Position numbers and translations under genes: made by a program
In this document: positions 42,980 to 48,834 of the stretch, piece after piece
Layout: each line of letters starts with the position of its first letter
How positions within the stretch are numbered: position 1 is the stretch's first letter
Source: an uncultured Saprospiraceae bacterium
Lineage (GTDB): Bacteria > Bacteroidota > Bacteroidia > Chitinophagales > Saprospiraceae
NCBI GenBank assembly: GCA_964551455.1
Contig: CAZKDA010000006.1
Span: forward strand, 1-48,834
Direction of reading: 5' to 3'
Length of the DNA: 48,834 bases
The notes under the pieces: model-generated
Told to the model about the DNA's origin: nothing
The model's input: only the letters and a program-made list of their open reading frames with translations
The model's database searches: none

Positions 42980-44779
42980 ATGAAAGTGAAGGAACTCTCC
43001 CATCTCAACAAGTTTTTCTACAAATACCGTCGGCATTTGCTGCTGGGGATCATCTTCGTATCACTCTCCAATTATTTCCGGGTCTTGCAACCGCAGATGA
43101 TCCGACAGGCCTTAGACCTCGTGATCGAAAACGTCAATCTTTACAAGTTGTTCAACGGTTTTGATTTGCAACAGGAATTGTTTTCCATTTTGGGAAAAAC
43201 CCTGCTCTTTTTCGGCATCCTGGTTTTGATACTCGCTCTTTTCATGGGGCTGTTCATGTATTTCATGCGGCAGACGATCATCGTGATGTCGCGGCTGATC
43301 GAATACGATATGCGGAAAGAAATATTCGCTCATTACGAAAAGCTGAGTCTCGCTTTTTACAAACGAAACAACACCGGCGACCTGATGTCGCGCATCACGG
43401 AGGATGTTTCAAAAGTGAGGATGTACCTGGGGCCTGCCGTTTTGTACGGGATCAACCTGGTCTCGCTGTTTGTGCTGGTGATCTGGTCTATGCTAAGCGT
43501 TAGCCCGACGCTGACGTTTTATTGCCTGTTGCCGCTACCGGTACTTTCGGTTTCCATATATTTTGTCAGCAACATCATCAATAAAAAGAGTGAAAAAATC
43601 CAGGAGCAACTCGCCACGCTGAACAGTACCGCCCAGGAGGTGTACTCCGGGATCCGCGTGGTAAAATCTTATGTGATGGAGATGCCGATGGTAAAATATT
43701 TCACCGGCCAGAGCGAAAACTTCAAAGACAAGTCTATGGAAATGGCGAAAGTGGAAGCCCTTTTTTTTCCATTGATGCTCTTGCTCATTGGAGCCAGCAC
43801 GATCATCACGGTTTATATTGGCGGGCTTCTGGTTGCCAAAGGAACGATCACGCCGGGCAACATCGCGGAGTTCGTCATTTATGTCAACATGCTCACCTGG
43901 CCGGTCACTGCAACGGGCTGGGTGGCTTCCATCATTCAGCAGGCGGAAGCCTCCCAAAAGCGGATCAACGAATTCCTGCATGCGACACCTGAAATCGCAA
44001 GCCCCGTCACCGATCCCGTACCGTTGAAAGGGAGTATCTTTTTTGATAAAGTGTCTTTTACCTTTCCGCACTCCGGTACCAAAGCGATCAACAACATCTC
44101 GTTCCGGCTGGAACCCGGACAAAAAATGGCCATTGTCGGAAAAACAGGCTCCGGGAAATCTACCATCGCCGATCTGCTGCTGCGGATGTACGATGTGGAC
44201 GAGGGCGAGATACTGATAGATGGAAAAAACATCAAAAACCTCGATCTGGACAACCTCCGTCATCGGATCGGTTACGTACCCCAGGATGTATTTTTGTTTT
44301 CCGATAACGTGGCCGCCAATATCGCATTTGGAGAGCGGGAGGCCAGCCGCGAGCAGGTCGAACAGTTTGCAAAATATGCCGCTATTTATGAGGATATCAA
44401 AGGATTGCCTTCAGGTTTCGATACGATGGTCGGAGAAAGGGGTGTAACCCTCTCCGGTGGTCAGAAACAAAGAATTTCCATCGCTCGTGCACTGATCAAA
44501 AAACCGGACATCGTGGTGCTCGACGATTGCCTCTCGGCGGTCGATACCAACACCGAACAGCAAATACTCGGCTACCTCAACAATGCACTGTCCGACAAAA
44601 CCGCGATCATTATCACACACCGCATTTACGCCATGCTCAACTTCGACAAGATCATCGTGCTGGAAGACGGCGCGATCATCGAGGAAGGCACCCACGAAGC
44701 CTTACTGGCCGCAAAAGGATATTATTTTGAAATGTTCGAGCAGCAACGGATCGAAGATAGCAAAGGCCAAAAACCTTGA
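42980..44779 (+). CDS. ABC transporter, fused permease/ATPase (MsbA-like exporter)
   Basis: Six-TM N-terminal domain, Walker A GKTGSGKST, signature LSGGQKQR, Walker B IVVLDD and H-loop ITHR. ATG at 42980; the track ORF starts at a GTG at 42947. Confidence 0.85.
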   Translation: MKVKELSHLNKFFYKYRRHLLLGIIFVSLSNYFRVLQPQMIRQALDLVIENVNLYKLFNGFDLQQELFSILGKTLLFFGILVLILALFMGLFMYFMRQTIIVMSRLIEYDMRKEIFAHYEKLSLAFYKRNNTGDLMSRITEDVSKVRMYLGPAVLYGINLVSLFVLVIWSMLSVSPTLTFYCLLPLPVLSVSIYFVSNIINKKSEKIQEQLATLNSTAQEVYSGIRVVKSYVMEMPMVKYFTGQSENFKDKSMEMAKVEALFFPLMLLLIGASTIITVYIGGLLVAKGTITPGNIAEFVIYVNMLTWPVTATGWVASIIQQAEASQKRINEFLHATPEIASPVTDPVPLKGSIFFDKVSFTFPHSGTKAINNISFRLEPGQKMAIVGKTGSGKSTIADLLLRMYDVDEGEILIDGKNIKNLDLDNLRHRIGYVPQDVFLFSDNVAANIAFGEREASREQVEQFAKYAAIYEDIKGLPSGFDTMVGERGVTLSGGQKQRISIARALIKKPDIVVLDDCLSAVDTNTEQQILGYLNNALSDKTAIIITHRIYAMLNFDKIIVLEDGAIIEEGTHEALLAAKGYYFEMFEQQRIEDSKGQKP

Positions 44780-44905
44780 AAACCCAGTCCTTGTATTTTT
44801 TCGCACAAGGTTTCACTTTTATTGTACTTTCTTTTGTATTTTTAAACAAATAATTACATTTGTAAGGCAAAGTTTGACATTTTTATTCATCAAAACTTAA
44901 TAATT

Positions 44906-45340
44906 GTGGATAACGAGAATAACCAAAGGAGATTTGAAAGTGTGTATTCGAATAAGGTACGTGCGGGAAAAAGAAGAACCTACTTTTTTGATGTTCGCCA
45001 AACCAAAGGAGACGATTACTATATCACCTTAACAGAAAGTACAAAGAGATTTAACGACGACGGTTACGAAAGGCACAAGATTTTCCTGTACAAAGAAGAT
45101 TTCAACCGCTTCATGGAAGGTCTCGAAGCTGCCGTCAATTACGTCAAAACTGAATTGATGCCCGATTACGATTATGATGAATTTACCCGACGGCATGAAG
45201 AATGGGAAGCTAACCGCAATGCGGAAAACAACCAAAACCATGATCAGAATATGCCGTCTAATGACGGAAATTCAGAGGCCAAAGCCGCCAAAGAAAATAC
45301 GAATACGAGTGTAGAAACTGAGGACGACATCAGTTGGTAG
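44906..45340 (+). CDS. DUF3276 / PUR-alpha-like nucleic-acid-binding protein
   Basis: 144-aa ORF with a GTG start. VRAGKRRTYFFDVRQTKGDDYYITLTESTKRF...HKIFLYKEDFNRF matches the Bacteroidota DUF3276 pattern as I recall it. The tail is acidic and Asn-rich. Confidence 0.7.
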   Translation: MDNENNQRRFESVYSNKVRAGKRRTYFFDVRQTKGDDYYITLTESTKRFNDDGYERHKIFLYKEDFNRFMEGLEAAVNYVKTELMPDYDYDEFTRRHEEWEANRNAENNQNHDQNMPSNDGNSEAKAAKENTNTSVETEDDISW

Positions 45341-45372
45341 AATTTTATGCTTTGATTTTAAAATAGGTTTTC

Positions 45373-45407
45373 AAAAGCGAAGTTTTTTTTTAAAGCTTCG
45401 CTTTTTA
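45373..45407 (+). terminator. rho-independent terminator after the DUF3276 gene
   Basis: aaagcgaag (45374-45382) / cttcgcttt (45396-45404) with a T-rich loop, followed by tttttat. Confidence 0.5.
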
Positions 45408-45635
45408 TGTTTCTAAAGTGAAGTTGTGCAAACTCTGGGCATAAGGAACACGGATTGAGCAGATGCAACGGATTTTCACAGGTTTTACAATTTTGACAAC
45501 ACAGTAGAAGCAAATCTGCAAGTATCCGTTCAATCCGCGTTATCTGTGTTCTCATTCGGTATTGTTTTCGCAACTTTAGTTTTAAAACACAGCCTGCTTC
45601 AATCCATCCCTTCTGCCCGAAGGCTGTCTTCCCCA

Positions 45636-46538
45636 TCAACGCTCTCTTTGATCGAGCCAGTTGCAAATCATTTGTCGAATCTCATTATTTTCAATTGCCC
45701 AACTCGCCGTATCCATGTGGGAAGCATTTTCGACAGGAATGAACGTTAAAATATCGCCATTGATGCTCCGTAGCTTTTCCGCAAAGGATTCTGCATTTGA
45801 AAAAGGAACCAAACCATCGTGCGTACCGTGAATACAGAGCGACGGGATTTGCTCGTCAGCCTGTAAATGATAAACCGGATTGGCAAGCTGAAACGATGAC
45901 TGATCGCGCCTTCCGGCAAAATCCCGTAACACAAATGAATCCTTCATGGCATTGAGATCGAGCGGAGCGCCGAATAACATGATCCCGCCAAACGTCTCCT
46001 GGTTAAAACCCAAGTCCGATAACCTGCTTCTGTCATAGAGGATAAGCGCCACGAGGTTACCGCCCGAAGACATTCCGCCCAGGATGATCTTTTTCTCCTG
46101 CAATCCATAGATTTTCATCAACTCCACGATCATTTTCAGGCTTTCGCTCAGGTCTTCGCGGATCTCGCGATAGCCATTAAACGGGGTGCGCCGACAAGAT
46201 GGCATAAAAACACAGTAGCCCAGATCAACAAAGAACTGAGCGTTGGAACGAAGCAACTCCGGACTGCCACTCCGCCAGCCACCGCCGTGATAATAAACGA
46301 TCACATGTTTTTTGGATGAATCGCGGGATTTGGGTTGGCAAAAAAGAAAATACTGCCTGCGGTGTTTGCCGTATCGGTGTTTTTCCACGATCATATTATT
46401 GCGTTGCGACAACAGAGAACGAAGCAAAAAAGGCGGGATCCTTACAAGTTCATAAAAATTGGTTTTTTTAGGAACAAGCAAATAAAGAAGCAAATAAAAA
46501 AAGGTCGCGGCAATTATGAAAATCAGCAATGTTTGCAT
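45636..46538 (-). CDS. alpha/beta hydrolase (esterase/lipase, HGGG type), membrane anchored
   Basis: 300-aa ORF with an N-terminal TM (LLIFIIAATFFYLLLYLL), oxyanion motif YYHGGGW, nucleophile elbow GMSSGG and a late HGTHD region. Confidence 0.75.
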   Translation of the reverse strand: MQTLLIFIIAATFFYLLLYLLVPKKTNFYELVRIPPFLLRSLLSQRNNMIVEKHRYGKHRRQYFLFCQPKSRDSSKKHVIVYYHGGGWRSGSPELLRSNAQFFVDLGYCVFMPSCRRTPFNGYREIREDLSESLKMIVELMKIYGLQEKKIILGGMSSGGNLVALILYDRSRLSDLGFNQETFGGIMLFGAPLDLNAMKDSFVLRDFAGRRDQSSFQLANPVYHLQADEQIPSLCIHGTHDGLVPFSNAESFAEKLRSINGDILTFIPVENASHMDTASWAIENNEIRQMICNWLDQRER

Positions 46539-46540
46539 CG

Positions 46541-46752
46541 TCGTTCCGACTTCCCCTATTTTTTAATTTTTAAAACAAAAAAAACAAACCACATCGCCAC
46601 GAATCCCGCTTTTTCGAGAAAAAGCGGGACGATGAAATCGGGAAACCACAAATCACGTATAAAATTCACCTTTGCGATCCTCGCGTATCCTTTGCGACCC
46701 TCGCGGTTAAAATCACGAAACCACAAACCTGCCTGCCTTCCGGCTGGCCACA
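46541..46752. repeat. composite mosaic repeat block filling the intergenic region
   Basis: It contains ttccgacttccc (also at 19.9 kb) and copy 2 of the ~45-nt hairpin element (46598-46641). It also has ccacaaatcac words and tttgcgatcctcgcg / tttgcgaccctcgcgg repeats related to gcaaagatcgcg at 25.4 kb. Confidence 0.75.
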
Positions 46753-46756
46753 AACT

Positions 46757-47518
46757 TTATAGATCGTTAATGATCGCCAGCAAAGCATAATTGATCTGTG
46801 CTCTTTGAACCTGCGCCGCGCTATTGTCCATTAAGCCCATGTTTACTTGCCGTTCCAGGGATTTGTTTCTGCTCGACAGCAGGATAAACTGGTTATAAAC
46901 ATCCTCATCCCGGTCTTTGATGTAGCCGAGCATCAGGTCTATGGCTTTGCCTGTTTTGCCGGAGCCGATCAGGTCGCGGCATTCATCCACAGGGCTTGAT
47001 AATGGTTGCGGTGCCGGCGAAGGAACAGCGGCAGCAGGAGCAGCGACTAGGGTTGCACCTCCTTCACCGCGCATTTCCCGGATCAGGTTTTTCAATTGAT
47101 TGACAATATCGAGGTAAGCGGCATCCTTATCATCCCAGGTGGAGATCGGACGCGCTCCTTTCGGCAATGCCTGGAGCGCAGCAAATGCTGTATCCTGCCA
47201 GTCGGCATGCCGCACAATGATGGGTACCACCCTTGCATTATCGTTGGGATCATTGTGGCGCTCGATGGCGCGGGTTACTTCCACATCAAAGCAATATTCG
47301 GAAGCGATAAAATCCATGCTGATCAGTAGCAGTATGATATCAGCCTCATTCAATTCCGTTTTGATGTGCTTGTCCCATTCGCCACCTGCGGGAATTTGGC
47401 GGTCTTCCCACGCCGACACAAACCCCTGCCGTTTCAGATTGGCAAGGCTGGTCATGAGCTTGTCTTTGTAAGGCTCGTCTTCGTGGGCATAAGAAATAAA
47501 CACCTTTACGGGTTTCAT
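46757..47518 (-). CDS. TIR domain protein with a C-terminal helical adaptor-like (effector-associated-domain-like) module
   Basis: 253-aa ORF. TIR blocks: KVFISYAHEDE, ADIILLLISMDFIASEYCFDVEV (Glu at the expected catalytic position) and VVPIIV. These are followed by a Pro/Ala linker and an ~85-aa helical tail (DECRDLIGSGKTGKAIDLMLGYIK...INYALLAIINDL). No signal peptide or TM. Confidence 0.8.
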   Translation of the reverse strand: MKPVKVFISYAHEDEPYKDKLMTSLANLKRQGFVSAWEDRQIPAGGEWDKHIKTELNEADIILLLISMDFIASEYCFDVEVTRAIERHNDPNDNARVVPIIVRHADWQDTAFAALQALPKGARPISTWDDKDAAYLDIVNQLKNLIREMRGEGGATLVAAPAAAVPSPAPQPLSSPVDECRDLIGSGKTGKAIDLMLGYIKDRDEDVYNQFILLSSRNKSLERQVNMGLMDNSAAQVQRAQINYALLAIINDL

Positions 47519-47524
47519 ATCTGT

Positions 47525-48100
47525 TTATTTATCAGGTTGATAAGTTTCAAAAAATTCTTTTCTTGCAATGCGGTAAACCTCGCTGAAATCAAGCGGACTT
47601 GCCAGGTAATCGCCTTTTTTGACGACCATTTTTTCGCCCCAGGGCGCAACGAAATGAAACTCTTCAGGCATATCCAGTTTTTGCAACATCGCTTCATTCA
47701 TCTCCAGCGCCATTACTTTCCCTTTTGCGGTATAAACCGAAAAACCATCGTCGGCTTGTTCCAGAAAATCGTAACGCTCCTGGAATTTCGCGGCGCCAAT
47801 GATGTACATTTCTCCAGCCTCTGTTTGATTTTTGATTATAAAATCACCGGCTTTAGCCTGGTTGGTCGTTTCCAGCCCGTCGGCAGTAATGGTTTGAATT
47901 TTTTCGCCTTCTTCCGCTTGCCGGGCATACACCTTTTTGATTTTTTTATAAACCTGACCTTCGGACTTTATCACCGGTATCAAGGTTTGCATTAGTTCCT
48001 GTTGCGAATACACTGGCTGGTTATTTTTATTTTCAGTAGTAGGATCATGGTGACAAGCGGCAAAAAAGACAATCAAAACGGGGATCAGGCGCGGAAGCAT
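47525..48100 (-). CDS. hypothetical lipoprotein, co-transcribed with the TIR gene
   Basis: 191-aa ORF with a lipobox (LIVFFAAC). Its stop lies 6 nt upstream of the TIR ATG. The C-terminal VKKGDYLASP...F.ETY is faintly reminiscent of PGDYG-type small beta domains (very tentative). Confidence 0.55.
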   Translation of the reverse strand: MLPRLIPVLIVFFAACHHDPTTENKNNQPVYSQQELMQTLIPVIKSEGQVYKKIKKVYARQAEEGEKIQTITADGLETTNQAKAGDFIIKNQTEAGEMYIIGAAKFQERYDFLEQADDGFSVYTAKGKVMALEMNEAMLQKLDMPEEFHFVAPWGEKMVVKKGDYLASPLDFSEVYRIARKEFFETYQPDK

Positions 48101-48267
48101 AAATTTAAAATTTATTGGACAAAGTTTAAAATGTATGGAACAATTGCCGGAATCAGGGAACCGCTTTTAAAATCTAACAACTGCAATTTTACCAAAAGTT
48201 ATTTTTAATTCTTGAAACCGGAAGAAATATTTTACTATTTTTAGCAAGCCAAAATTTCCGAAAAACC

Positions 48268-48717
48268 ATGAATCCAATGACAGAACAGGATTACCTCAGC
48301 CAACGGATCGATGACCAGATCAATTGGTACAGCAGAAAGAGTACTTTCAACAAAAACCGGTATCAACTCTTCAAGGCTTTGGTGATCATCCTTTCTTCCA
48401 GTATTCCCGTGCTGGCCATCATGATCACCGAAAATGACCAATTGTTGAAAATGATCGTCGGGATCGCCGGTGTCTTGATCGTGGTGATCGAGGGTATCTT
48501 ATCCCTTTACAAATACAAAGACATCTGGCTGGAGTACCGGATGACTTCGGAAATGCTAAACCGGGAAAAGCTGTTGTACCTGACGGGCGCCGGGCCATAC
48601 AAAACGAAAAAAAGTTTCCAGGATTTTGTGGAAAAAGCCGAAGCGATCATGAGTTCTGAAAACAAAAACTGGCTGGCTAACCAAATCAAAAAAGAAGAAC
48701 CCGAAAAGGTTGAATGA
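48268..48717 (+). CDS. DUF4231 / SLATT-family two-TM protein
   Basis: 149-aa ORF. N-terminal helix YLSQRIDDQINWY...K..Y, two adjacent TM helices (LFKALVIILSSSIPVLAIMI; MIVGIAGVLIVVIEGILSLY), then KYKDIWLEYRMTSEMLNREKLLY. This is the DUF4231 signature as I recall it. Confidence 0.75.
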   Translation: MNPMTEQDYLSQRIDDQINWYSRKSTFNKNRYQLFKALVIILSSSIPVLAIMITENDQLLKMIVGIAGVLIVVIEGILSLYKYKDIWLEYRMTSEMLNREKLLYLTGAGPYKTKKSFQDFVEKAEAIMSSENKNWLANQIKKEEPEKVE

Positions 48718-48724
48718 TGAGTTT

Positions 48725-48808
48725 GTAAACAGTAAACGGTAAACAGTGAACAGTAAACGGTGAACGGTAAACGGTAAACAGTGAACAGTAAACGGTGAAC
48801 GGTAAACC
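48725..48808. repeat. heptamer tandem array, 12 units (GTAAACA/GTAAACG/GTGAACA/GTGAACG)
   Basis: Counted by eye. It starts 8 nt after the DUF4231 stop codon and has no spacers. It belongs to the same unit family as 19649-19802. Confidence 0.9.
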
Positions 48809-48834
48809 ATAATACCATATCGCAGCGTAGCGAA

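Noticed and set aside
45443-45553. Apparent imperfect palindrome (gaacacggattgagcagatgcaacggat ... atccgttcaatccgcgttatctgtgttc)
   Set aside because: The arms share words (gaacac, ggattga, acggat, gcagat) but in a shuffled order, so no convincing continuous stem can be drawn. It is possibly another degenerate repeat, and I could not support it as a feature.
48507-48818. Minus-strand ORFs (103 and 84 aa) with LFTVYRLPFTV repeats overlapping the DUF4231 gene end
   Set aside because: The cause is the same: translation of the 48725-48808 heptamer array, extended antisense into a real gene.

Overview
This 48.8-kb chromosomal window reads as Bacteroidota. The signs are two T9SS C-terminal-sorting-domain cargo proteins, PDDEXK_2/Rpn and DUF3276/PUR-like families, a giant WG-repeat protein, TAnnTTTG-type -7 boxes and tightly overlapping starts without obvious Shine-Dalgarno sites. 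I support about 41 protein-coding genes, mostly housekeeping or envelope functions. They include a porin-like barrel, an exported CYTH protein, a front-end-type fatty-acid desaturase, a CBS protein, a YkgJ+TauE pair and an S46 dipeptidyl-peptidase. There is also a three-gene operon of a GltD/ferredoxin fusion plus korA and korB, a fasciclin lipoprotein, a GATase, arsC, miaA, a deoxynucleoside kinase and an RmlD-like reductase. The rest are a CHT1-like choline symporter, phosphatidylcholine synthase, ComEA-like/ComEC, fbp, an MsbA-like ABC exporter and two alpha/beta hydrolases. I found no rRNA, tRNA or CRISPR array. Three things are not ordinary. (1) At 46.7-48.7 kb, a TIR+helical-adaptor protein is co-transcribed with a lipoprotein, divergent from a DUF4231/SLATT two-TM protein, and bracketed by repeat blocks. 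This is a candidate Thoeris-like signalling/membrane-effector system that, to my knowledge, has not been described experimentally. (2) At 33.4-35.1 kb there is a miniature split OLD/PARIS-like pair: an ABC-type ATPase plus a 163-aa stand-alone Toprim-like protein. Their frames overlap each other and the downstream pcs gene, and the pair sits between a choline transporter and pcs. (3) Most of the longer intergenic regions carry a mosaic of strand-asymmetric 7-8-nt tandem arrays and TCCCGA..TCGGGA-type hairpin modules that recur across the window. All functional calls rest on motif recognition by eye and recalled family knowledge. No database search or computation was run.
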